Shown piece after piece: positions 27,775-36,729 of a stretch of DNA of 64,000 nt. Positions within the stretch are counted from its first letter, which is position 1. Each line of letters opens with the position of its first letter. Below the pieces are notes generated by a model. The model did no database searches, had not been told where the DNA came from, and saw only the letters and a program-made list of their open reading frames with translations. Position numbers and translations under genes: made by a program. Source of the stretch: Candidatus Omnitrophota bacterium. Lineage in GTDB: Bacteria > Omnitrophota > Gorgyraeia > Zapsychrales > Fredricksoniimonadaceae. Location: assembly GCA_037131245.1 (NCBI GenBank), contig JBAXRK010000005.1, forward strand, positions 5,475 through 69,474, in the 5' to 3' direction.

Positions 27775-29184
27775 ATGTCTGAGAAAAAGAAGATCGTTAT
27801 TTTAGGCGGCGGGGTGGCGGGGCTTTCGGCGGCGTATTATTTGGCGAAGGCCGGCCGTTTCCAGGTGACGGTGTTGGAGCGCGCGGCCGTGGTCGGCGGT
27901 GTTTGCGGCAGTTTTGATCATGATGGTTTTGTCCTTGATTATGGCGCCCATAAAATGTACTCGGTCATCCCGGGTGTAATGGAAGCCTTCCAGGAATTGA
28001 TGGGCGATCGTTTGCTCAAGGTGCGCAAGAAGAACAGGATCTTTTTACGCGGACGCCTGCTGGACTATCCACTCAAGCTGGGCAATGTTTTGCGGGTCCT
28101 GGGGGTGGTGGACTTTTTTCGCCTTGGTCTGGGTTACGCCTGGTCGTCACTCAAAGGCAGTTTTGATCGTTCTAAAGCCGGTTCTTACGAAGAGTACATG
28201 ATCCGGGTGTTCGGCCGCGGGGCTTACGATATGATCTTTCGCCCGCTGGCAGACAAGGTCTGGGGTGATCCCGCGACCTTGCATGAGGAGATGGGCCGGA
28301 CGCGGGTCCCTTCGTCCAACGCGCTGGACGTGGCGCTCAAACTCGCCGGGCTCAAGAAAGAGACTCAGGCGACGAACGCGGAATTCTTTTTTTATCCTGC
28401 TGGTGGTTTCCGCGGTTTTCCGGAAGCCCTCAAGGAGGCGGTGCTGCGTTTGGGGGGAGAAGTGCTCACGGGGGCCAACGTGACGTCGCTTGCGCTTGAC
28501 GGCGGCCAGGTGCGTTCGGTAACAGGGGAAGTGGCCGGGAAGGCGTGCGGCTGGCCGTGCGATACGCTGATCTCGACCATCCCGCTGAAAGCGCTTGATG
28601 GTTTGCTTAACCCGAACCGGCCTTCGCCGGTCGAAGGATTGCAACTGCGTCACGTGGTGCTGGTCTATCTTTTTATTAACAAGCCGAGGGTCCTCGATGA
28701 CCAGTGGCTTTTTTTCCCGGAAGAGCAGTTTATTTTCAGCCGTCTTTTTGAGCCCAAGCAAATGGACCCTTCCCTTGGTCCCGAGGGGCGTTCGGTTATT
28801 TGCTGCGATTTTACCTGTGACGCCAGCAGCTGGAAATGGACTTCTGACGACCAGGCCTTGTCCCGCCGCTGTATAGAAGATCTGGTTAAGGCGGGATTCG
28901 TTACGCCGCAGGAAGTGACGGGAAGTGTGGTCCGCCGGTTTAAGGATTTTTACCCAAGATATGACCTGCATTATCAGGAGACCCTTGAGCGGGTCTTCAA
29001 GCATTTTGATGGCGTGGGCAATCTGGTGCTGACCGGGCGTTTGGGCATGTACAATTATAACAATAGTGACCATTGCCTTGATATGGGCCGGCAGATCGCG
29101 CAGGGCCTCAGTGATGGCAAGTCTGCCGGGGATGTGGTGGCGTTGTTAAAAGAGAGAGCGGCTGGCTACCGGATCGTCGATTGA
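27775..29184 (+). CDS. FAD/NAD(P)-binding oxidoreductase (amine-oxidase / UDP-galactopyranose-mutase-like fold)
   Basis: Track ORF 27718..29184; conserved start MSEKKKIVILGGGVAGLSAAYYLA (GxGxxG), VLERAAVVGG, DYGAHKMY. Confidence 0.7.
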   Translation: MSEKKKIVILGGGVAGLSAAYYLAKAGRFQVTVLERAAVVGGVCGSFDHDGFVLDYGAHKMYSVIPGVMEAFQELMGDRLLKVRKKNRIFLRGRLLDYPLKLGNVLRVLGVVDFFRLGLGYAWSSLKGSFDRSKAGSYEEYMIRVFGRGAYDMIFRPLADKVWGDPATLHEEMGRTRVPSSNALDVALKLAGLKKETQATNAEFFFYPAGGFRGFPEALKEAVLRLGGEVLTGANVTSLALDGGQVRSVTGEVAGKACGWPCDTLISTIPLKALDGLLNPNRPSPVEGLQLRHVVLVYLFINKPRVLDDQWLFFPEEQFIFSRLFEPKQMDPSLGPEGRSVICCDFTCDASSWKWTSDDQALSRRCIEDLVKAGFVTPQEVTGSVVRRFKDFYPRYDLHYQETLERVFKHFDGVGNLVLTGRLGMYNYNNSDHCLDMGRQIAQGLSDGKSAGDVVALLKERAAGYRIVD

Positions 29185-29193
29185 AGGGTCGTG

Positions 29194-30363
29194 ATGAAAG
29201 ACATTAGGGGCTCTTTACAGAAATCTTCGGTCCATTTTCAGGTCGCGCTGCAAACGTTTCGCTTCAGTCCCAAGTCTTTATGGCGGGGGTTGGCGAGCGG
29301 TTGGAAAATGTACCGGGCGGGGCCGATCGCCGGCAAGCCGGTCTTTCTGCATCTTGAGCCGACGGGCGCCTGCAATCTCCGCTGCCAGATGTGCCCCCGG
29401 ACAACGTCCATGACCCGTGATCTGCGGGCAATGGATTTTGATCTTTTCACCCGGATATGCCGTGACGTTGATCCGCTGATGCTGGCTTTCGTCGGTTTTG
29501 GTGAACCCCTGTTGCATCCCCGTTTACCTGACATGATCCGTTACGCGGCTGGCCGGGGGATCTCGGTTCGGGTTTCGACCAATGCGACCCTGCTCGATGC
29601 CGGTAAAGCGAAAGAATTGCTAGCCGCCGGCCTCCACCAAATATGGTTCTCCGTTGACAGCCCTTTTAAAGAGTCTTTCGAGCGGGTGCGCGCCGGGGCT
29701 TCTTTTGAAAAAACGATCGCGAATATCAAGGGGTTCATGGCCCTGGCCGGGCAAGGGCGCGGAAAGATCGCGGCGACCGTCAATTGCACGTTGACCCGCT
29801 GGAATGTGGCGGAGGCCGCGGCGATGGTCCGCTTTTGCCATGATGACCTGGGGGTTAAACCGACGTTCGCCCGCGCCTACAGTTATGATCTTAAGGCCCA
29901 CGAACAGGATGCCCTGACGAACGCGCCGGAAGTGCGCCGCTCGCTGGAAGAGGCACTCGCACAGGCATTGTCTTATGGCTGGGACGATACCGCGCAGAAT
30001 GTGAGTACGATCCTCGTTGACCTGGCGCGGCCTCTTGACGGGAAAGGCCCGTGCTATTTTCCGTATTACGCGGTTGCCGTCTCCTGGGACGGCCGTTTGA
30101 GCCCATGTTGCCTTTATTATGATTACCAGTTCGGCGCCGGGCAATTGGGCGAGAAGGGCTTTATGTCTTTATGGAACGGCCCGGTCTTTGGGGTTTTTCG
30201 CCGGGCGCTGGCAGAGCGGCGCGGCACGCTGCCTATTTGCCGGACTTGTCCTCTTTGCGATGTTTCGATCCATAACATGATGCATTCACTTTCTCGGGTC
30301 CCTGTCCTGGGCCGGTTTGCCGGGAGGCCCTACGCCTATATTGACCGGAGCATAGGACAATGA
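29194..30363 (+). CDS. radical SAM protein with C-terminal SPASM-like Cys-rich domain
   Basis: EPTGACNLRCQMC cluster; C-terminal GPCYF...SPCC...LPICRTCPLC. Confidence 0.75.
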   Translation: MKDIRGSLQKSSVHFQVALQTFRFSPKSLWRGLASGWKMYRAGPIAGKPVFLHLEPTGACNLRCQMCPRTTSMTRDLRAMDFDLFTRICRDVDPLMLAFVGFGEPLLHPRLPDMIRYAAGRGISVRVSTNATLLDAGKAKELLAAGLHQIWFSVDSPFKESFERVRAGASFEKTIANIKGFMALAGQGRGKIAATVNCTLTRWNVAEAAAMVRFCHDDLGVKPTFARAYSYDLKAHEQDALTNAPEVRRSLEEALAQALSYGWDDTAQNVSTILVDLARPLDGKGPCYFPYYAVAVSWDGRLSPCCLYYDYQFGAGQLGEKGFMSLWNGPVFGVFRRALAERRGTLPICRTCPLCDVSIHNMMHSLSRVPVLGRFAGRPYAYIDRSIGQ

Positions 30364-32513
30364 ACGTGCTCCGTCCGTCAGCGTGGCGCTATCCTTATTT
30401 ACTTCTGGCCGCGGTCTTTATCCTCTGGAGCCTCCTTCATATTGATCTCTTTAACGGTAAAGCTTTTTTTCAAGGCGATACCGTTCAGTATTTTCGCTGG
30501 CTGACGTATCATGTTGACAATCTGGTCCACGGTGTTTATCCATTATGGAATCCCTATCATGCCTGGGGGTCGGTTGATAATTTCGACGTTCGGTTCCTTG
30601 GCGAGTTCAATCCCCTTTACTGGGTCGTTCCGCTGGCGGCCGCTTGCGGCGTTCCAGAATCGGCGGGGTTTCAGGCTTTTATCATCATGTACCTTTTCCT
30701 GGGTTGCCTGGGTTTCTTCGGGCTGGCCCGCAAGCTGATCAAAAACGAAGGCCTGGCAGTCGTGGCGTGCGCGCTGCTGTTATTTTCCGCTTTCGGAGAA
30801 CGGTCGTTTTCCCAGTTGGTGGTCCTGGTGACCTTTGTTCCCACCGTCTGGTTCTTTAATGAACTGACGGGCTTTTATTTGGCCGAAAATGACGCGTTGC
30901 GGGTGCGGCGCCTTTTAGGCCTATTTTTCTGGTGCATGATGCTGGCCGTCAGCTACATGCCATTTTATTTCTTGATGATCGCGCTGGTGGCGCTTTTGTT
31001 GACCGTCATTTTTTGCCGGAAGGCCTTGTGCGATCTTTTCCACCAGGCAGCTTCGGTCGGCCGGCGGTATCCGCTGATCATGGTGGCGGGTGTTATCAGT
31101 GTTTTCTGGGCACTGATGCCAGGCGCCCAGTGGTATCTTTCATCGAGGGATGCCCAGTATGTCCTGGATGTCGGCCGCGGAGACTTTTCTTCCGTTGATA
31201 AAGCGCGGGTGACCGTCGATGATATCAACGTCAGCGGTTTGAGCGTGGTCACGTCCTGGCCGGAAGTGGTGGATGACCTGGACATCACGGATCAAACCTT
31301 CTCGTATGTCTCGGTGTTCCTCCTCATGCTGTTCCTGCTGGCGGCCGCTACCCGGTGCTCGGCCGGGCAAAGGGTTATTTTCTTGACCGCCTTCCTGATG
31401 TTCCTTATCGGGCTGGCTGATGTTTTCCCTTTGCAGCGCTTCCTTTACGACCATGTGTATCTGTTCCGGCTGTGCCGGAATTATTATTTTCTTTGGCCGT
31501 TCATTATTGCGATCGCTATCCTCTTCGCCGTGGGCCAATTGAAAGTATTTTTAGATGAACAGCCGGCCGAGGGGCGCAACCGTTGGTTTTATGTTGCGTT
31601 CATTCTTCTGGCCCACGGGACTTTCGCGGTGCTTCTTACGCGCGGGGAGCACATCGTGGTCACGACTTACCTGGCGTTAGTGGTCAGCACGCTGGTTTTT
31701 TCCGGCTACGCACTGGGGTGGTATGGCAAGGGAGCGTTCCTTACGTTCGGCCTGTTGTTGGCGGCGGTGATCCAGCCTTGCGAGGTTCTGCCTGGATTCC
31801 GGATCCCGGGCGCGATGCCGAAAGATTATGGTATCCATGAGGCGCGTTTTTCTTATACTCGCCCTGATGGAGGGTCCGGCTTTAACGAGGAGCATGGTTT
31901 TCATTACCGGATCAAGATCATGCGCGATGAATCCGGATTCGCCAAGGCCGGTTATTTGGGCGTCAAATATTCGTATGACCTCATGAAACATCTTCCGCCC
32001 TCATCTATTCAGGCGTATATCAGGAATAAATTCATCGTGTATCAGGGCGTCAGTTATATGGATCCTGAGGCCCTGGATTGGGGGCATGTCGAGGGAACGC
32101 TTAAAGGTTTGAAGGGGCCGGCGCTGGTCCATGACCGCAAGGCATTGCGGCCGGGCGCGGTTTCAGATGCGGCGCGGGTTATATCCGGGCTTTCCCGGGA
32201 ATGCCGCGTGGTGGCCTTTGATGTTAACCGGATCACCATCGAGACTGATTTTCGTGAGCCGGTCTTCCTGGTTTATAATGACAGTTATCATCAGGGCTGG
32301 TCGGCCATGATCGATGGCCGCGCGGCGCCTTTCTTCCGGGCGAACGCGGCTTTCAAGGGAATATGGATCGAGCCGGGGCGGCATTTGGTGCGCTGGCAGT
32401 TCATGGCCGGGGCCTGGCAGTTCCTTTATCTCGGGCTGACGTGCCTTTTTACTGTTTGGGGTGTTCTTATGCTCGTCATCAGGGCGGGAAGGCGGCATGA
32501 AGAACATCCTTAA
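30360..32513 (+). CDS. YfhO-like / GT-C polytopic membrane glycosyltransferase candidate
   Basis: 717 aa; N-terminal GDTVQYFRW...PLWNPY motif region, more than 10 TM helices, extracytoplasmic C-terminal domain and final TM helix, the YfhO-type topology. Confidence 0.55.
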   Translation: MNVLRPSAWRYPYLLLAAVFILWSLLHIDLFNGKAFFQGDTVQYFRWLTYHVDNLVHGVYPLWNPYHAWGSVDNFDVRFLGEFNPLYWVVPLAAACGVPESAGFQAFIIMYLFLGCLGFFGLARKLIKNEGLAVVACALLLFSAFGERSFSQLVVLVTFVPTVWFFNELTGFYLAENDALRVRRLLGLFFWCMMLAVSYMPFYFLMIALVALLLTVIFCRKALCDLFHQAASVGRRYPLIMVAGVISVFWALMPGAQWYLSSRDAQYVLDVGRGDFSSVDKARVTVDDINVSGLSVVTSWPEVVDDLDITDQTFSYVSVFLLMLFLLAAATRCSAGQRVIFLTAFLMFLIGLADVFPLQRFLYDHVYLFRLCRNYYFLWPFIIAIAILFAVGQLKVFLDEQPAEGRNRWFYVAFILLAHGTFAVLLTRGEHIVVTTYLALVVSTLVFSGYALGWYGKGAFLTFGLLLAAVIQPCEVLPGFRIPGAMPKDYGIHEARFSYTRPDGGSGFNEEHGFHYRIKIMRDESGFAKAGYLGVKYSYDLMKHLPPSSIQAYIRNKFIVYQGVSYMDPEALDWGHVEGTLKGLKGPALVHDRKALRPGAVSDAARVISGLSRECRVVAFDVNRITIETDFREPVFLVYNDSYHQGWSAMIDGRAAPFFRANAAFKGIWIEPGRHLVRWQFMAGAWQFLYLGLTCLFTVWGVLMLVIRAGRRHEEHP

Positions 32514-33315
32514 AAAGCCTTTGGCCTGGTTCCCGGGCAGTGTTCTGGCTTTGTATCTGGTGGCCGCCGTTGTGTTGGGTTTTTGGGGCAACGGGCACAC
32601 GGCTTGGGTCCGGAGCCTGGTTCGCATGGGAGTGATGGAGTGGGACCGTTATCCTCTCAGCCTGGCCAGGGGTGACGTTGCTGTTGATAAGGCGGCACTG
32701 CGCAGGGCCTTGCGTTATTACAAGACGCTCGCCGGAGCTTTTCCGTCTTTGGGCCAGGCGTATGACATGATGGGGTTTTGTTATTTTTATCTGGATGATC
32801 TGCCACGCGCGGCCCGCGCTTACGAAAAAGCCGTGGCCCGCGCACCGCAGTTCTTCTGGCACGATTATCATTTGGGCCTGGCGTATTTTCGTCAGGGTTT
32901 TTTTGATAAAGCGCTGGCGGCTTTTGATAGGATCCTGGCCGTGCCTGTTGAGGAAGTTCCTCGATGGGGGATCTATGCTCCGCTGACGCGGATGGATCCT
33001 GACACGCGCCGCCGGTATTATCAGCAGGGCGAGCTTTTTGCGGTTTCGGTGCGCGAGGAGGCGTGGTCCATGGCGTTCCGGGCGTGCATTAAGATGAAGA
33101 AGTATGACCAAGCCGGAGACCTGGCGGTGCGCGCGTTGCGGGACCCGTTCGTCAGGAACAAAAAGGAATTCCTGGTTTACGCCCAGGCGTTGACAGGTGG
33201 GCGGCGGGATCTTTTTGATACCGTTCTTAAAGAAGATATGGCAGCGGCTGGCAAGCGTCCGTTATTGCATCCCTGGTTCTACGTTATTCCTGTCGGTAAA
33301 GAGATCTATTATTAA
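32497..33315 (+). CDS. membrane-anchored TPR repeat protein
   Basis: Track ORF 32461..33315; ATG 32497 (MKNILKKPLAWFPGSVLALYLVAAVVLGF TM helix); TPR repeats (GQAYDMMGFCYFYLDDLPRAARAYEKAV, HLGLAYFRQGFFDKALAAFDRIL). Confidence 0.6.
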   Translation: MKNILKKPLAWFPGSVLALYLVAAVVLGFWGNGHTAWVRSLVRMGVMEWDRYPLSLARGDVAVDKAALRRALRYYKTLAGAFPSLGQAYDMMGFCYFYLDDLPRAARAYEKAVARAPQFFWHDYHLGLAYFRQGFFDKALAAFDRILAVPVEEVPRWGIYAPLTRMDPDTRRRYYQQGELFAVSVREEAWSMAFRACIKMKKYDQAGDLAVRALRDPFVRNKKEFLVYAQALTGGRRDLFDTVLKEDMAAAGKRPLLHPWFYVIPVGKEIYY

Positions 33316-33333
33316 GCGGCGATCAAGAGGTGA

Positions 33334-34881
33334 ATGATGAAAAGATTCTTTTTTTTCTGGGGGGCCGCGATCGTCTTGTTCTATTTCTGTTATTCCTCTT
33401 TTATCATCATCCCGTTCGCCCACAACGATAATATTTACACTTTTCATAAATTCAGGAGTGTTCATCCTCAGACGCATAGCCTTCAGTACGACGATGTCAT
33501 GAAAGGCGGCCGGCCGGTGAGCGCCTGGATTGAACAGTGGAAGTTTTTGCAAGTTTATAACGTCGCGGACTATTCCTTTCTCAGGGCCTTCTTGCTTGTT
33601 TTTACTGCTGCCGTCCTGGCACTCCTGGCTTGTTTTCTGTGCCGTTATGGATATCCGGCCATGATCGCCTGGTGCCTGAGCGCGGTGATGTTCACGTTGC
33701 CGGGCATTATTGACCCGTTATTGATGTGCATGCCGCATATCATCCTGGCCATCGCCTGGTCCCTGGCGGCATATCTTGTCCTGGAAACGTCCTGGCCGCG
33801 TGCCGTACGGTGGCCTGTTGCCGCGGCGCTCGTGACATTAGGCTTGATGACCTACCAGGCCAATATCTGTTTTTTCTTTTTGTTGACGGGGGTGCATCTT
33901 TTCTCCCTGGAGTCGACCCGGAAGAGGTGGAAGGCGTTGGGGAGGAGCGTCCTTCTTTTTACAGCGGGCGCTATTGCTTACCTGGGGATCGTTCATTTTT
34001 TCATTATGCCGCTTTATCCGCCGGTGAAGGTAGCGGGCGGGGGGTACTCGGTGGTCATTTCCTGGGTGACGATCGTTCCCAAGGTTTGTACGTTGTTCGC
34101 GAAAGTCCTGCCGGTCATTTTCGATCCGGCTCCCTTCTTTACATTTAAGGCCTTCGGTTATTGCTTGTTCTCGTTTGTCCTGGCGACCTATTTGTTTGTG
34201 CTTGCGACAATAAAAGAAAAGAAGGCTGTGCTATCTTCCGGGGCCATGGGGGGCTTTCTTTTCTTGGCTGCCAGTGCGGCCTGGCTGCTGAGTTCTTTCG
34301 TGTTTACGATCTGCCCTCGGGTGTTCTTGCCCGCGAGCGGATTGGCGGTCCTTGGTATTTTCTGGGCTGTTAGTTTCTGGATGGATCGTTTGAAATGTCC
34401 GGCGAACGCGCTGGCTGGTGTGGCAGTGACCTTGTTGTTGCTTGGGGCCAGTCACGCGAATTATCTGGCGATCAATAATGCGTGGAACTACAACATGGAA
34501 CTTAATTTTGTCCGTGCCAAGCTCGCGGAATATCCTCAAGGGTCGGTGAAAAGGATCCATGTGGTCGAGAGTCAGGGGAACAGCGGGGGTTATGACGGCC
34601 TGGAGCAGCTGGGGGATAATCTTAATGCCAAGACGGTGCAATATTCTTTTACGATACCTTATCTGGTCGAGATGGCGCTGGTGGGGGTTTGGGATGACAC
34701 CACGCCTCTGTTCACGTGCGAGGCGCCTCAGCCGATCTGCGTCGCGGTAACGCCTCCCGGACAGATCCTGCTTTCCACGTCACGGCCCGGGGCCGAGGTT
34801 TACCGGTCAGAGGGGATGGTTTATATCGATATGAACGACCTGCCCCGCATCAGCAGCCGGCTTCACTGCGTTCGCCACTGA
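33334..34881 (+). CDS. polytopic membrane protein (GtrC/GtrII-like role inferred from context only)
   Basis: Track ORF; more than 10 hydrophobic segments plus about 130 aa C-terminal soluble domain. Confidence 0.5.
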   Translation: MMKRFFFFWGAAIVLFYFCYSSFIIIPFAHNDNIYTFHKFRSVHPQTHSLQYDDVMKGGRPVSAWIEQWKFLQVYNVADYSFLRAFLLVFTAAVLALLACFLCRYGYPAMIAWCLSAVMFTLPGIIDPLLMCMPHIILAIAWSLAAYLVLETSWPRAVRWPVAAALVTLGLMTYQANICFFFLLTGVHLFSLESTRKRWKALGRSVLLFTAGAIAYLGIVHFFIMPLYPPVKVAGGGYSVVISWVTIVPKVCTLFAKVLPVIFDPAPFFTFKAFGYCLFSFVLATYLFVLATIKEKKAVLSSGAMGGFLFLAASAAWLLSSFVFTICPRVFLPASGLAVLGIFWAVSFWMDRLKCPANALAGVAVTLLLLGASHANYLAINNAWNYNMELNFVRAKLAEYPQGSVKRIHVVESQGNSGGYDGLEQLGDNLNAKTVQYSFTIPYLVEMALVGVWDDTTPLFTCEAPQPICVAVTPPGQILLSTSRPGAEVYRSEGMVYIDMNDLPRISSRLHCVRH

Positions 34882-35799
34882 TCAGATCTTTTCTGAAATG
34901 CAGTACAGGGGCCGCGCCTTGACTTCTTTGAACACGCTCATCAGGTACTCGCCCAGGACCCCGATAAAGATCAGTTGAACGCCCCCAATGAAAAAGACGC
35001 CCACCAGGACCGAGGCGATGCCGACAGGGGCGCCGCGCGTCAGTTTATCGTAGATGATGGCCCCCGCGTAGAGGAGGCTCGCGATCGAAATGAAGAACCC
35101 CAGGGTGGAGCAAAGTTTAAGCGGGAAGCTGGAGAAGGACACGATCCCTGTGATCGCCAGCCGTATCATTTGCAGGGGGCCGTATTTTGATACGCCGTGC
35201 TGGCGCGGCGCTTCATCGTAGCGGTAGATGGCGCGGCGGAAGCCCATGTCGCCAATGATCCCCCGGAGGAAACGGTCGCGTTCGTGGTACAGCTTGAGAT
35301 GGTCGACGGCTTTCCGGTCGAGCAGCCGGAAGTCGGCGGCGCCCGGGATGAAATCGATCCGAGAGATCGCTTTAAGCAGCGCGTAGAACCAGCGGGAGGT
35401 CAGGCGTTTGAGCGGCGAAGCGGCACCATCGTCGCGCCTGACGGCGAAAACGATCTCAGCGCCGTCCCTCCAGAGCTGCAGCATGGCCGGAAGGCTTTCA
35501 GGTGGATGCTGCAGGTCGGCATCCATCGTGATGACGGCGCGCCCTTCGGCATGGTCGTAACCGGCGGAGAGAGCGATCTGATGGCCGTAATTCTTGGAAA
35601 AGAGAATAGCGCTGACATTTTTTTTATCCCGGCAGAGCGCCCGGATCTCCTCCCGGGAGCGGTCGGTAGAGCCATCATCGACGATCAGCAGCTGCCAGCT
35701 GAGATCCCGGGGCATAGCGAGGCTTATCTTGTCGAAAAGGACCTTGATATTGCCTTCCTCATTGCAAACGGGAACGATGATCGATACATCATAGGACAT
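34882..35799 (-). CDS. GT2 polyprenyl-phosphate glycosyltransferase (GtrB/ArnC-like)
   Basis: VSIIVPVCNEEGNI, LIVDDGSTDRS, SKNYGHQIALSAG, MDADLQHPPE, two C-terminal TM helices and GVLGEYL...ARPLY tail. Confidence 0.8.
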   Translation of the reverse strand: MSYDVSIIVPVCNEEGNIKVLFDKISLAMPRDLSWQLLIVDDGSTDRSREEIRALCRDKKNVSAILFSKNYGHQIALSAGYDHAEGRAVITMDADLQHPPESLPAMLQLWRDGAEIVFAVRRDDGAASPLKRLTSRWFYALLKAISRIDFIPGAADFRLLDRKAVDHLKLYHERDRFLRGIIGDMGFRRAIYRYDEAPRQHGVSKYGPLQMIRLAITGIVSFSSFPLKLCSTLGFFISIASLLYAGAIIYDKLTRGAPVGIASVLVGVFFIGGVQLIFIGVLGEYLMSVFKEVKARPLYCISEKI

Positions 35800-35826
35800 C
35801 GGAGTACCTCGCTAGAGCGTTTATCA

Positions 35827-36654
35827 TCAGCGTTTTCGGGCCGCGACATAGATATGGTCAAAGGTGTTAAGAAAGTATTCACCTTTGATCCATGATCTTT
35901 GTTTCAGGGCTTCGTATAATTTTGATTTATGCCAGTGTAAGACCAGCAGGGTGTAGAACGTGTTGTCCCAGGAGCGGTATTCGCCGAAATATCGGGTGGT
36001 GAGCACGTCGAATCCGGACGTGTCCAACAGGATATTCAGGGCTTTCCTGGAAAAATAACTGACATGGGTCGGTGGATGGATCTGCCGCCAGTGCGCGCCT
36101 TGAAATGTTGCCAGCCAGCTGGTGATATCAAGTGTGGCGAAGAACAGCGTGCCGCCTGGTTTGAGCAGGGACTGCGCTCGGGCGACGAATTCGCGCGGGT
36201 TGGGCAGATGTTCCAGGACATCCCACATGACAATGGCATCGTAGGAGGCTAGCTCCAGCGGCATGGTCAGCAGGTCGCCGGTCAAGGCATTGACGTTGAA
36301 GTGCTCGCGGGCGTAGGCGCAGCCTTCCGCGTGGATATCGACGCCAGTGACGGTATAGTTCCGCTGCGCTTCGTCCAGAAAGAAGCCGTAGGCACAGCCG
36401 ATCTCCAGCAGTTTCCCCGAAGGGCAGAAGCGGGACATGAAGGCAAGATTGCGCCGAAAATTGCGCCGCAGGGGAGCCTCTTCGCTCAAGTAATCGGCGT
36501 ATTCTTCACCGAAGAAGTATTTGGTTGTGTAGAGGTTTTGCCATTGCGCCGGGGTCAGGCTCAGGTCGGCCTGAGCGAAACGGCAGGCGGGGCATGACCT
36601 GATCCCCCGAAAGAGGTCTTCAAGTTGTGGGTGCTGGCAGATCAAGCAACTCAT
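35827..36654 (-). CDS. class I SAM-dependent methyltransferase with N-terminal zinc ribbon
   Basis: CLICQ...CPACRF ribbon; LLEIGCAYG motif I; YDAIVMWDVLEH. Confidence 0.7.
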   Translation of the reverse strand: MSCLICQHPQLEDLFRGIRSCPACRFAQADLSLTPAQWQNLYTTKYFFGEEYADYLSEEAPLRRNFRRNLAFMSRFCPSGKLLEIGCAYGFFLDEAQRNYTVTGVDIHAEGCAYAREHFNVNALTGDLLTMPLELASYDAIVMWDVLEHLPNPREFVARAQSLLKPGGTLFFATLDITSWLATFQGAHWRQIHPPTHVSYFSRKALNILLDTSGFDVLTTRYFGEYRSWDNTFYTLLVLHWHKSKLYEALKQRSWIKGEYFLNTFDHIYVAARKR

Positions 36655-36729
36655 TAGCGGTGTCCCTGATTTTTGAATGAATTACGGACAATATACTATA
36701 ATCCGCTTATCCGGACGAAATAATTCTTA

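Noticed and set aside
28147-29073. 308-aa minus-strand ORF antisense to the FAD oxidoreductase gene
   Set aside because: Same shadow-ORF character. The same applies to 15849..16691, 40033..40893, 43855..44658, 44748..45722, 35197..35895 (plus strand, antisense to the GT2 gene), 37907..38611, 16703..17263, 17461..18183, 18686..19315 and 13369..13959.
29194-30363. SPASM radical SAM considered as a RiPP maturase
   Set aside because: No small precursor-peptide ORF or free intergenic space is nearby, and both neighbours are glycan or membrane enzymes.
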